Source: Acinetobacter phage vB_AbaSI_3
Reading direction: 5' to 3' (one strand)
DNA: 64,000 nt
Sequence record: PQ382034.1
In this document: positions 50,486 through 60,286 of the stretch, one piece after another
Layout of the letters: each line of letters begins with the position of its first letter
Position numbering within the stretch: the stretch's first letter is position 1
Translations under genes and position numbers: made by a program
The notes under the pieces: generated by a model
Databases searched by the model: none
The model's input: only the letters and a program-made list of their open reading frames with translations
What the model was told of the DNA's origin: nothing

Positions 50486-51997
50486 ATGAGTGACATCAAC
50501 GTAATGTTTTACGATTATAGCCACATCAAGATCAGTACCCAGCAGTCGATATTCAGAGAACTAAGAGATTACTTCTCATTTTATGTGGATGGATATCAGT
50601 TTTCGCCTAAATATGTTTATGGTACTTGGGATGGAAGATTAAAGATGCTTGGAACTGATGGCTTGCTACCATTTGGCCTTTTAGGACAAGTAGTAAAATT
50701 TGCACAAAATAATATGCTATCAATTGCTATCCATCCGGATGTTTCAGCTAAAACTGAAATGACACGTGACGCCTTCAATGATTGGATTAGTTCTAAGACG
50801 TATTATTCTGGCTCAGAAGAAATCTTCCCGTATTGGTATCAACTCAATGCAGTATATGAAGCCATTGTTAACAAACGCAGAATTTTGAATTTGCCTACAT
50901 CAGCTGGTAAATCGTTAATTCAAGCCTTATTGACAAAATATGTCATAGAAACATCAGATCGTTCAGTTTTAATTTTAGTGCCAACAACTTCTCTTGTAAC
51001 TCAGATGAAAGATGATTTTGTTGATTATCGATTGTTTGAAGAAGATGAGATTGCAGAAGTTCGTTCAGGCAAGCGCCAAAAGCATGAACGAATTGTTATT
51101 TCTACATGGCAATCAGCTATCAAAAAGCCAAAGGAATGGTTCAATCAATTCAATATGTTATTGTGTGATGAAATGCATTTAGCCATTGGCAAATCTATTT
51201 CAGAAATAATTAACAAATTAAACTACTGTGAATTCAAAATAGGCTTGTCTGGATCACTACGTGATGGCAAAGCCAATTTAATGCAGTATATTGGATTGTT
51301 TGGTGAAATCTATAGCCCAGTTAGCACAAAGGACTTGATGAATGCTGGTCAAGTGTCTCAGTTAAAAATCAATGCACTGTTCTTGAAATATCCTGAAACA
51401 GTATCAGATTCTGTAGCAAAATTTGATTATGCATCTGAAATAAAATTCATCACAAAATTACAAAAACGCACAGACTGGATATCAAATTTATCACTCAAGC
51501 TTGCTAATCGCGATGAAAATGTCTTTGTGATGTTTAAGAATATCGAACATGGCAAAGCAATATATGATTCAATCAAAGCTACAGGTTATGAAAAAGTATT
51601 TTATGTTTCAGGAGAAGTTAGCTCCGATCAACGAACATATTTGAAGAAAATGGCCGAAGAAGATTCAGGAATAATTATTATTGCGTCATATGGGGTGTTC
51701 TCTACTGGTATTTCAGTCAAGAATCTGCATCATGTGGTTTTAGCACATCCTGTAAAGTCGAAAGTTATAGTTCTGCAAACAATTGGACGAGTACTCCGTA
51801 AACACCAATCTAAATCAATTGCTATGATATGGGATCTAATAGATGACATGTCTATAACTATCGAGAAAAACGGAACTAAACAAAGAAAGAATGTTAATTA
51901 TGCACTTAAACATGCTATTGAACGTATTGAACGATATGCTGCAGAGCAATTTGATTACATAATGAAAGACATTCATTTCTTGCCAGGGACCAAATAG
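50486..51997 (+). CDS. uvsW: UvsW helicase (SF2, DExH)
   Basis: 503 aa with LLCDEMH and helicase motifs; ends with TAG. Confidence 0.85.
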   Translation: MSDINVMFYDYSHIKISTQQSIFRELRDYFSFYVDGYQFSPKYVYGTWDGRLKMLGTDGLLPFGLLGQVVKFAQNNMLSIAIHPDVSAKTEMTRDAFNDWISSKTYYSGSEEIFPYWYQLNAVYEAIVNKRRILNLPTSAGKSLIQALLTKYVIETSDRSVLILVPTTSLVTQMKDDFVDYRLFEEDEIAEVRSGKRQKHERIVISTWQSAIKKPKEWFNQFNMLLCDEMHLAIGKSISEIINKLNYCEFKIGLSGSLRDGKANLMQYIGLFGEIYSPVSTKDLMNAGQVSQLKINALFLKYPETVSDSVAKFDYASEIKFITKLQKRTDWISNLSLKLANRDENVFVMFKNIEHGKAIYDSIKATGYEKVFYVSGEVSSDQRTYLKKMAEEDSGIIIIASYGVFSTGISVKNLHHVVLAHPVKSKVIVLQTIGRVLRKHQSKSIAMIWDLIDDMSITIEKNGTKQRKNVNYALKHAIERIERYAAEQFDYIMKDIHFLPGTK

Positions 51998-52011
51998 GTC
52001 CCTTTGTGCTA

Positions 52012-52281
52012 TCAATAATTTTCGTCACAGTCTTCACACATTTTGCGATCAGCTATTTCATTGTAGACACGAATTTCAACTCGTCGCCAATGATCACACT
52101 CTTCACAACAAAACACACGAGTTTCTAAGTTGTCAATAAAGATGACTGAATGCTTTAGATTCGGATCTAAATTCATTTCGATCAAATTTTTCTCTAGCGC
52201 ATTACCCCAAGTTTCTTCTAAACCGTCTAGGCGTTCTGCTAGCCCATCCATTTGGATATCGTCTGGTTGCTCAAATTTCAT
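52012..52281 (-). CDS. small C4 zinc-ribbon protein
   Basis: CCEECDHW...CEDCDENY; 89 aa. Confidence 0.45.
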   Translation of the reverse strand: MKFEQPDDIQMDGLAERLDGLEETWGNALEKNLIEMNLDPNLKHSVIFIDNLETRVFCCEECDHWRRVEIRVYNEIADRKMCEDCDENY

Positions 52282-52543
52282 AAGGCTTACTCCAAAATGT
52301 TAAAAATCTATTGCGCATTTCATCATCGCATAAGTTGAAAATAATCAAACAAATCGAATCATGGTCTCCTTCATCAAAGAACTTGACTAGGTCTGTCATA
52401 GATTTTTTAGATCCATCAGAAAATGCTAAACATTTTCCATCTTTATTGCGCAGTATTATTTCTTGGCACCAGTTATGCACCTCAAGTTTAAATATTTTGC
52501 CATTAGCGTTTATTGTTACAATAGATGTAGGTAAAGTAACCAT
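52271..52543 (-). CDS. hypothetical protein (90 aa)
   Basis: start/stop coupled with neighbours. Confidence 0.4.
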   Translation of the reverse strand: MVTLPTSIVTINANGKIFKLEVHNWCQEIILRNKDGKCLAFSDGSKKSMTDLVKFFDEGDHDSICLIIFNLCDDEMRNRFLTFWSKPYEI

Positions 52544-52860
52544 TATTTGTACTCCTTTTCATCAACATAGAATTCTAACTCTTTGGTGACACCATCTACG
52601 GTGACTATGCCACGTTCAAAGTCAAAATCCTTAACAAGTAAACGTGTTTTCCACGGATCAATTCCCCAGCCCCATGGAAATTTACGATATGGGCAAACAT
52701 AGTGGACGTTTGTCAATGTAACGTTATCACCCATTGTAGCAAACTCTAATCCAGGCGCACCGATGAATTGGACTACCCAGCGTTCAGATAAGTTGCGTAC
52801 TGTTGGTTCGTCGCATGTTAGTGTAACTTGTTCTGGACGAAAAGATGATACTTTAGCCAT
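52543..52860 (-). CDS. hypothetical protein (105 aa)
   Basis: start/stop coupled with the downstream ORF. Confidence 0.4.
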   Translation of the reverse strand: MAKVSSFRPEQVTLTCDEPTVRNLSERWVVQFIGAPGLEFATMGDNVTLTNVHYVCPYRKFPWGWGIDPWKTRLLVKDFDFERGIVTVDGVTKELEFYVDEKEYK

Positions 52861-52903
52861 AATATTTTACTCATAATTATTAAGATAGAAGCATTATATA
52901 CCA

Positions 52904-52928
52904 CAAAAGGACCATAGTAAATAGTCCT
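52904..52928. terminator. hairpin aaaggac-catagtaaata-gtccttt
   Basis: 7-bp stem immediately after the stop of the 110-aa ORF. Confidence 0.4.
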
Positions 52929-52934
52929 TTGTAG

Positions 52935-53267
52935 ATTATTTTAGCTTTTTATCAGTGTACTTGCAACAAGGTACAAAATGAGAAATATAAACTCCTTGTT
53001 CATGACATGGACATCCACATTTTTTAATAATCTCATTCTGCTGTGCTGTTAGCACAGGTTTCCCAATTTTAAGAATTTTGTTTAGTACTTTTACTAATTT
53101 CATAACAATAACTCTGTTTCTAATAGCATGTCATCATTAGATTCAAGTACTGGCATGTCTTGAATGTGCTGCAAGCAGTGTCCAGGATGGACAGGTCCTT
53201 GATCAGTCTCAACTACCAATGCTTCATCAATCGGCATCTTACATACCGAACATATACGTGTTTCCAT
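52935..53267 (-). CDS. 110-aa Cys/His-rich protein (not in the supplied ORF track) in the slot where uvsY is expected
   Basis: hand translation codon by codon gives METRICSVCKMPIDEALVVETDQGPVHPGHCLQH...KKCGCPCHEQGVYISHFVPCCKYTDKKLK; GGAG sits 7 nt upstream of the ATG. Confidence 0.5.
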
Positions 53268-53347
53268 TATTATTCTCCAAATGTGTATAGATGTATTTAT
53301 AGATCTTTGAACAGCTGATATATCAGATACATCTAAACCATCAGTCC

Positions 53348-53424
53348 CCTATCTTCTCCGACCGAATAGATATAATTAGAGCGGTGAACCGGTAGAACCA
53401 TTATACCATCAAAATTTTATAAAG
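53348..53424 (-). promoter_or_regulatory. copy 2 (inverted) of the ~77-bp promoter-like cassette
   Basis: reverse complement matches 14996..15072 with 2 mismatches; points into the 110-aa ORF. Confidence 0.5.
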
Positions 53425-53472
53425 CAAATGTGTGCTTATACATAAGGCGTTCAACAGATCAAATTTTGATCA

Positions 53473-53871
53473 TCACTGATGTCTAGCGCCACTAAGCTGT
53501 AGCTTTAGTTGTTCAAGTGTATCCGGGTTATCTAAGATGCTAAACATAACAGTTACAATAATAGCATTATTATCATATTGTGCTTGCACTGACACGCCTA
53601 GTCTAACAATTCTTGGCTCATATGCACGAATAGCTGATGTTATGCTTTTTTCTACTGTACTAACTGTAAGTGGAGACATGTTTTCAAATAAAGCATCGCC
53701 AATTTCACAGCCGAATTCTGGGTCAAATGGACGAGAGCCTTTAGGTGTTGTAATAATTCCTAAAAGAGAATTTTTAACTGCACGTGCGCCAACAGATGCA
53801 GCTACATCCTTATTCCATGCACGTGCCATTTCAGGTGATATGTCTGTATACATATCATTAATATTTTGCAT
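53473..53871 (-). CDS. 25: baseplate wedge subunit gp25
   Basis: 132 aa with SLLGIITTPKGSRPFDPEFGCEIGDALFENMSPLT against T4 gp25 SLLGIITTRKGSRPFDPEFGCDLSDQLFENMTPLT. Confidence 0.9.
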   Translation of the reverse strand: MQNINDMYTDISPEMARAWNKDVAASVGARAVKNSLLGIITTPKGSRPFDPEFGCEIGDALFENMSPLTVSTVEKSITSAIRAYEPRIVRLGVSVQAQYDNNAIIVTVMFSILDNPDTLEQLKLQLSGARHQ

Positions 53872-54515
53872 TATAGCACCTCAACAAATTCTTTAAAGCC
53901 TTTTATAATATGTACATGAGACTTGCCACACTTAGGACATTTGATTGGCACAACCAGCACAGGTTGTGGAGCTAATAAAAATGATTTGATATAATTAATA
54001 TCATCTTCAGTTATTGCATTGTATAGATCTTCTAATTCAAGCTCATTTAAATCTTCTACAAAAATCCGTTCATCACCTACATAAATCGATTCTATTGATT
54101 TTGCAATCATTAATGGCACATTGTCGTCATCCCAGAGTTCAGGCCATCTAAATGCAACTTTAAACTTTTTGAATGGATACAATGTCTCGAGATTACTATT
54201 GCCGTAATCTATCTGTGCTTTAGAGACATCTAACTCTACATCATGTACATGCCCGCATTCACATGTATATTCTTGAGTGACCTTTCCAAAATGTTCGCTA
54301 TTTGCGATTAAATTGATTAGAACTAATTCGGCATCATGTTTTGGTAAATTCATGAGCCCGGTACACTTCTCGATGATTGACGAGTATACCTTCTTCATAT
54401 TATCGGAGATTGTCGAATCTTTAGAAATTATAAGGCTTGTATAATCTCTCAATGAATATGATTTACATTCTACAACGCTAGAGCCTAACTTAACATTGAA
54501 TTTCTTTTCAAACAT
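53871..54515 (-). CDS. 26: baseplate hub subunit gp26
   Basis: 214 aa; position between genes 25 and 51. Confidence 0.7.
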   Translation of the reverse strand: MFEKKFNVKLGSSVVECKSYSLRDYTSLIISKDSTISDNMKKVYSSIIEKCTGLMNLPKHDAELVLINLIANSEHFGKVTQEYTCECGHVHDVELDVSKAQIDYGNSNLETLYPFKKFKVAFRWPELWDDDNVPLMIAKSIESIYVGDERIFVEDLNELELEDLYNAITEDDINYIKSFLLAPQPVLVVPIKCPKCGKSHVHIIKGFKEFVEVL

Positions 54516-54582
54516 AATTTAGTAGCCTACTAAAAGTTTTATTAAGAGTATTTATAAATATTTTTAATAAAAGGAGGCTTAT

Positions 54583-55338
54583 ATGGCTAATATTATAAGA
54601 TGTAGACTTCCTGACGGTATTCATCGCTTTAAGCCGTTTACAGTAGCTGACTATAGAGATTTCTTACTTATCAGAAATGATATGATTTCTAAAACTGATT
54701 CAGAGCAAGAAGAACTTGTCAGTGAATTGGCAGCAGATTATTTTAATGAATACCCTAAGTCATGGCAACAATATTTGTTCTTAAACGTTTTCACTGGATC
54801 TGTAGGTAAAACAAAGGTACCAATTGTGTTTCAATGTCCTACTTGTGGCAAATCTCAAAAGCGTTTGTTTAATATTGCTCAGGATGGTTTAGTTGCTCCA
54901 AAAATACAACTAAATGATGAAACAGAATTGTCGTTCAAATTTCCTGATGAGATTTACACTGATTCTGCACGATTGGTCCTAGACAACATTGAAAGTGTAT
55001 CACACAAAGGGGCTGAATACCGTTGGCAAGATTTAGATAAAGAAACACAAGACAATATAATCGAGATGCTGGACTTTGAGAAGTTTGAGATGCTTGTTAA
55101 AAAATTAAAGCCTATTCATTTTGAAATGAATATAAGCTGTTGTGAAAAGCATACAATTGTATTTGAAGACTTGGCATCTATTTTCAAATTGTTAATTAAT
55201 CCAGACGAAGTATTTCCATTTTATGAAATCAACAACATTCTAATTAAAAATAACTATGATTGGAATTCTATCATGGCGATGCTTCCAGCTGAACGCAGTA
55301 TAGCACTGTCAATGATAGAAAGGGATAGCAAAAGATGA
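54583..55338 (+). CDS. 51: baseplate hub assembly catalyst gp51
   Basis: 251 aa; CPTCGKSQ; synteny. Confidence 0.75.
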   Translation: MANIIRCRLPDGIHRFKPFTVADYRDFLLIRNDMISKTDSEQEELVSELAADYFNEYPKSWQQYLFLNVFTGSVGKTKVPIVFQCPTCGKSQKRLFNIAQDGLVAPKIQLNDETELSFKFPDEIYTDSARLVLDNIESVSHKGAEYRWQDLDKETQDNIIEMLDFEKFEMLVKKLKPIHFEMNISCCEKHTIVFEDLASIFKLLINPDEVFPFYEINNILIKNNYDWNSIMAMLPAERSIALSMIERDSKR

Positions 55339-56918
55339 CACAACAAAGACCAGGGTATCCTAACGTCAGTATCAAGCTATATGAAGATTATGACGCATGG
55401 AAAGAAAATAGATTTATTGAGCTCGCAGCAACATTTACTACACTTACTCTTCGTGATAGCTTATATGGTACAAATGAAGGCATTCTTCAATTTTATGATT
55501 CAAAAAATTTACACGCTAAATTAAATGGCGAACAAATAATTCAAATATCGCTTTCAAATGCAAATTCTAAAGATGTAATTACACGCATCTATGGATGTAA
55601 TGACACATCAGTTTCAGTTGATGAAAAGGGCGATAATATTCTTGCATTCAACCTCCGTCCTTTACACACAGTAGAAAATGTTAAATTCAGTCGTGCATTC
55701 TTTGCTAATGCAACAGAATCTATTGAAACTATGATAAAGTCAATCTACAACAATAAAGCACAGCTTGCGCCTAAAGTTAAAGGATTGAATGTTTATGTTC
55801 CTCGTGTAGCATGGGTAAACACAATCGAAGATTATTTTGAATATGTTAGAGAAGTTGGCTTATCTGTTGAATCAGAAACACATGCATTCGTTTGGGAAGA
55901 TTTTACCGGCATCAATATTTCTGATTACAAATTCATGATTGATCAGAAACCAAGAGTAATGGTAGTTGGTGATCCCGCACAAATTGGTTCATATATCTCC
56001 AATATGAAAGAGCAATTGGCATATGACTTTACTTGGCTCGCTAAAACAAATCGAAATGTACGAAACCCACTAGAGAATGTGACAGTGTATAGCCATTCAT
56101 TCAATGACAAAGAAATTCAAAGAATTTCGATAGGTGAAGGCACTAACTCTGTTGTCGTATCTAGATCTGGCGGCTATTCTGAAATGACATATCGCAATGG
56201 ATATGAAGAAGCATTTAGATTGCTTACTATGGCTCAATATGATGGTTATGCCACATGTAAAGTTATTGGTGACTTTACGCTGACACCATTGCAGAAAGTG
56301 ATTTTTGGTGACAAAAAGGGACAATTCAAAACTGAATTTTATATTGATGAAGTAATTCATGTCATCACAAACAATTCATCTGAAACTCATTTATACTTGT
56401 TCACAAATGGTAAAGATCTTGTGCCAGTAAACATCGAAAAAATTAAAAATGAGATTGAGACCATTACTCCTCCATCAGATACAGTTCAACCTGAAGCATC
56501 AGCTGACAGGAAAGGTGCACAATGGGATCTCGATAAGTTATCAGAAGTAGTTTTGAAGAATGCACAAGGAAGAAAATCTACAGGTGAATGTGCATTGTAT
56601 GTTCGTAAAGCGTTACAAGCAGCGCAATTACAGAGTTTCTTCGCCGGTGGGCTAGGTAATGCAAATGAAATGCCATCACGGCTAACACAGATGGGATGGA
56701 TCGCAGTAGGTCAAAACGTTAAAAATGTCAAGAAAGGCGACATTGCAGTGTTCCAACGAACTAATACACGCCTTGGACAGAAATATGGCCATATTTGTAT
56801 TTTTACCGGATCACAGTGGGTGTCAGACTTTATCCAATCTAGTGTACAACCTAACAGAAATGATAATTTAACCTATACCGTATATAGAGCCCGTTATGGG
56901 TATAGTGCAGGAGCATAA
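55335..56918 (+). CDS. 27: baseplate hub subunit gp27 fused to a C-terminal CHAP-like cysteine peptidase domain
   Basis: residues 1-390 collinear with T4 gp27; ~140-aa extension with TGECALYVRKAL, KGDIAVF, YGHICIFTG. Confidence 0.85.
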   Translation: MTQQRPGYPNVSIKLYEDYDAWKENRFIELAATFTTLTLRDSLYGTNEGILQFYDSKNLHAKLNGEQIIQISLSNANSKDVITRIYGCNDTSVSVDEKGDNILAFNLRPLHTVENVKFSRAFFANATESIETMIKSIYNNKAQLAPKVKGLNVYVPRVAWVNTIEDYFEYVREVGLSVESETHAFVWEDFTGINISDYKFMIDQKPRVMVVGDPAQIGSYISNMKEQLAYDFTWLAKTNRNVRNPLENVTVYSHSFNDKEIQRISIGEGTNSVVVSRSGGYSEMTYRNGYEEAFRLLTMAQYDGYATCKVIGDFTLTPLQKVIFGDKKGQFKTEFYIDEVIHVITNNSSETHLYLFTNGKDLVPVNIEKIKNEIETITPPSDTVQPEASADRKGAQWDLDKLSEVVLKNAQGRKSTGECALYVRKALQAAQLQSFFAGGLGNANEMPSRLTQMGWIAVGQNVKNVKKGDIAVFQRTNTRLGQKYGHICIFTGSQWVSDFIQSSVQPNRNDNLTYTVYRARYGYSAGA

Positions 56919-57468
56919 AATGGGAAATGTAAAATTAGAATTAGAGCCAAAATCTAAAGTGATTGAAGTTAATGGCAAAACTATCAAAGTCCCAAAACTT
57001 GGACTTAAACATAGACTATTGATGAAAGAAGGTATTAGCCATGAAGATGCAATGAAGGTGCTCCTAAACTATATTCAACCTAATTTATCATTAGCTGAAA
57101 GAGATTTATTGACACTTCACTTATTGGAGTATAATGGTAGAATTCGTTCGCAAGTTAAAGCCGGTGAATTCTTGTATGACATAAACAACGCATACATATG
57201 TCAACAATTAAAATTTAATTATGAAGATTATGAATTTAAATTCAGATCTCCAACAATGGAACTTATGAAAGGCCCATTAGACATTCTTTTGAAAGAGTGT
57301 TGTGTAAGTGTCAAGAAATCAGGTGAAAAAATTCCTGTACCCGATTTCATGGATATGCCAGCATTTGTCTACAGATGGGCAGATATGATAACAAATACTG
57401 TTGCCATTGATGGTCCATTTGGGCAAATCAGAGGCTTGTATAAAGTAGTGGAGTTATTCAGTGAATAA
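56896..57468 (+). CDS. 28: baseplate hub distal subunit gp28
   Basis: 190 aa; synteny. Confidence 0.75.
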   Translation: MGIVQEHKMGNVKLELEPKSKVIEVNGKTIKVPKLGLKHRLLMKEGISHEDAMKVLLNYIQPNLSLAERDLLTLHLLEYNGRIRSQVKAGEFLYDINNAYICQQLKFNYEDYEFKFRSPTMELMKGPLDILLKECCVSVKKSGEKIPVPDFMDMPAFVYRWADMITNTVAIDGPFGQIRGLYKVVELFSE

Positions 57469-59185
57469 TACATTTTCATCATCTAAACCTGCATCTGAGC
57501 AAACTACACTTAGACGCCCTCCAAAGCCAATAGCCGAAGAAGCTCCAGCAAATGATGAAGTTTTTGATGCAGGCCCAGAAGGAGCAAAAGAAGAAACATT
57601 AAGTAGTATCGATACTAATACGCAGGAACAAGTTGGCATACAACGACAACAACTTGGCGCAGCCAATCTTTCGCTAGGCATACAAGACCTTCAAAATCAA
57701 AAGCTAGAAGAAATATCTGCTTCTACATCTGGGATCTCGTCTAAGCTTAGTGCACTAAGCGATAAACTAAAGCAAAAGTATGAAGCCGCTGCACCAGTAA
57801 GTGAAGCGCCTATTCAAAATGCCGATTCAACATCAGAGATTCTTGCTAATAAACTTAATGCTAAAGATTCTTCTGCACAGGCGCCTGAGCCGGTAAAAAT
57901 AGTTCCCGATGAGAAGAAACCATCTGAAGATTTATTATCTAAACCTTCAGAGGTTAAAGGTGCGCCAGACAATACAGCATCAATGATAGTTGGTGCTGTA
58001 AAGGGAGTCCAAGGTGCTATAACTGCTGGATTCAAAAAGACCACTAGCATCGCAGATAAAATTTCTGGGATGTTGCTAAAGTATACAGTTACCCAAGCTG
58101 TTCAAGCAGCTAAACTCGCTTTAGCCGTATTTGCTATTATTTTTGCAATTGACATGTTGAAAATTGCATGGCAGGTTTGGGGCGACAAAATCATGGCAAA
58201 GTTTGAAGAATGGAGCCAAACGTTCGGAAAATGGTGGGACAATTTTAAACAATGGTCATCATATTTCTCTGACATGAAAAATTCATTCGAAGGCATGAAA
58301 GGCGACTTAATGGGCATCCGAAATGCATGGGAATCTGGTGATTGGCCGGCACTTGCATCTGCAATAGGAACTGCATTTATAGATGGCATCAAAACACTTA
58401 GTGGTATGTTAGATCGTGTAATTACAAAACTTGTTGCTACGCTATTAGACAAATTAGGCTTTAGCAAAGCAGCCAAGGCAATAGAAGCTGAAGGTCTTCA
58501 AAACTATCAAAACATGACTAACAATAGATTGTCCCCAGAAAATCAAAGGAAACTTGCAGAAGAGCAAATTAGGCGCGAAGAGAAAGATGGGCTTACTCCT
58601 ACTCAACGAGGCAAAACATCATTCTTACCAGATTCATGGCGTAAGAATCTTGGCTTAATTTCTGCCGATGAATATAACCAAATTCAAGCAGAGAAAAAGG
58701 ACCAAAATGCAAGAAGAGGCTTAAGTCACGAAGATAATGTTAAAGCAGTAGCTGCTACAAATGAAGCACGCGAAGCTATAGCTCGCTTCAAAAATATTGC
58801 GGATAATGTTAATCCTAATAACCCTGCACAAGTCGCTGAAGCAGATAAATACAAAAAGGAAGCACAACAATACATCAATAGTCCTGGCCTGGCATTGGTT
58901 CCAACAGTAAAAGCTGAATTACAGAATCAATTAGATAGCTATAAGCCTAAGAACAATGTAAAGGCATCTGTTCAGCCGGACAAGTCAACACCATCTAAAG
59001 ATACACAATTAGTGCAAAATATTAAAGTTGCAGAAGCAAATAAAGTTTCTAGATCTGCTGCACAAGCTTCAACAACTGCAAATATTAATACTAATATTGT
59101 TAAAACTAATAAGAGTTATAACGTGCAAAGTCCTATAACTGGAACTCGTGCGCCAGGTGTATTTAAGGCTACTTCAGTTAATTAA
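57461..59185 (+). CDS. 29: tail tube tape-measure / baseplate hub protein gp29
   Basis: 574 aa; synteny. Confidence 0.8.
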   Translation: MNNTFSSSKPASEQTTLRRPPKPIAEEAPANDEVFDAGPEGAKEETLSSIDTNTQEQVGIQRQQLGAANLSLGIQDLQNQKLEEISASTSGISSKLSALSDKLKQKYEAAAPVSEAPIQNADSTSEILANKLNAKDSSAQAPEPVKIVPDEKKPSEDLLSKPSEVKGAPDNTASMIVGAVKGVQGAITAGFKKTTSIADKISGMLLKYTVTQAVQAAKLALAVFAIIFAIDMLKIAWQVWGDKIMAKFEEWSQTFGKWWDNFKQWSSYFSDMKNSFEGMKGDLMGIRNAWESGDWPALASAIGTAFIDGIKTLSGMLDRVITKLVATLLDKLGFSKAAKAIEAEGLQNYQNMTNNRLSPENQRKLAEEQIRREEKDGLTPTQRGKTSFLPDSWRKNLGLISADEYNQIQAEKKDQNARRGLSHEDNVKAVAATNEAREAIARFKNIADNVNPNNPAQVAEADKYKKEAQQYINSPGLALVPTVKAELQNQLDSYKPKNNVKASVQPDKSTPSKDTQLVQNIKVAEANKVSRSAAQASTTANINTNIVKTNKSYNVQSPITGTRAPGVFKATSVN

Positions 59186-59194
59186 GGAATTAAA

Positions 59195-60286
59195 ATGAAT
59201 TTTAAAGAACTAGACGATGATTTCTTAGCAAAGGCTGGCTCAATTATATCTGCTGGCCAGAGCCAAAAATCCAAAGAAACACAAGTAAAAACCTTGACCG
59301 CTCAGTATCCTGCTGAGCGTGCTTCAGGATACGATAGTACTGGAGATTCAAGAGAATTTGACCAACTCTATCAAAACGGCTTGCTTTTTACCGCATACGA
59401 ATATTCATCTAGAACAACACCTAACTTACGTGATATGCGTACTACTATGCAAAAATCATACAAGTTATTAAATGCTATAGATAAAATCACGTCAGCAGTC
59501 AAAAGTGTCAAAGGCGGTTTAACATCAGCACAAAAAGATATGACAAAAAAGCCAGTTGCCAATATATTGCTGCCTAGATCAAAGAGCGATTCAGATGTAA
59601 CAAGTCATAAGTTTAATGACGTAGGTGAATCATTATTAACTCGTGGCAACAACACCATTACGGGTGTCCTAAGTAATATGGCATCTACTGCAGTGTTTGG
59701 CGCAATAGAATCTGTGACACAGGGTGTTATGGCTGACCATGGTGAACAAATTTATAACACTGCTCGTTCCATGTACGCTGGCGCTGATAATAGAACTAAA
59801 ATTTATACATGGGAATTTACACCAAGAACACCAGATGATTTAAATCAAATCTTAAAAATTTATGAGATTTTCAATTTCTTTTCATATGGCGTCACTGGTA
59901 ACTCACAATTTGCCAAAGATGTTAAAAAGCACATCGATGATTGGTATAAAAATACTATCATTAATAAAGTAAATGAAGAAGTTGGCGCAAAAACTCAGAA
60001 AACATTTATGGAATCTGTCACATCATTTTTGTCAAATGTCATTACAGTTTCTAACCCTACTGTATGGTTCATCCAGAACTTTGGCACACAATCAAAATAT
60101 GATGGGTTGGCTGACATTTTTGGACCTGCTCAAATTCAAAGTATTCGTTTCGATAAAGCGCCTGATGGAAATTTTAACGGTCTTGCAATTGCTCCAAATA
60201 TGCCATCAACATTTGTTCTTGAAGTAACATTTAGAGAAATTTTGACGCAAAATAGAGCATCTATTTATGGAGAAGATGTACTATGA
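59195..60286 (+). CDS. 48: baseplate-tail tube junction protein gp48
   Basis: 363 aa; synteny. Confidence 0.8.
   Translation: MNFKELDDDFLAKAGSIISAGQSQKSKETQVKTLTAQYPAERASGYDSTGDSREFDQLYQNGLLFTAYEYSSRTTPNLRDMRTTMQKSYKLLNAIDKITSAVKSVKGGLTSAQKDMTKKPVANILLPRSKSDSDVTSHKFNDVGESLLTRGNNTITGVLSNMASTAVFGAIESVTQGVMADHGEQIYNTARSMYAGADNRTKIYTWEFTPRTPDDLNQILKIYEIFNFFSYGVTGNSQFAKDVKKHIDDWYKNTIINKVNEEVGAKTQKTFMESVTSFLSNVITVSNPTVWFIQNFGTQSKYDGLADIFGPAQIQSIRFDKAPDGNFNGLAIAPNMPSTFVLEVTFREILTQNRASIYGEDVL

Noticed and set aside
50486-51997. Possible amber readthrough extension of uvsW (TAG stop) as a uvsW.1 fusion
   Set aside because: The in-frame continuation is only ~7 codons before TAA, and the downstream coding sequence is on the other strand.
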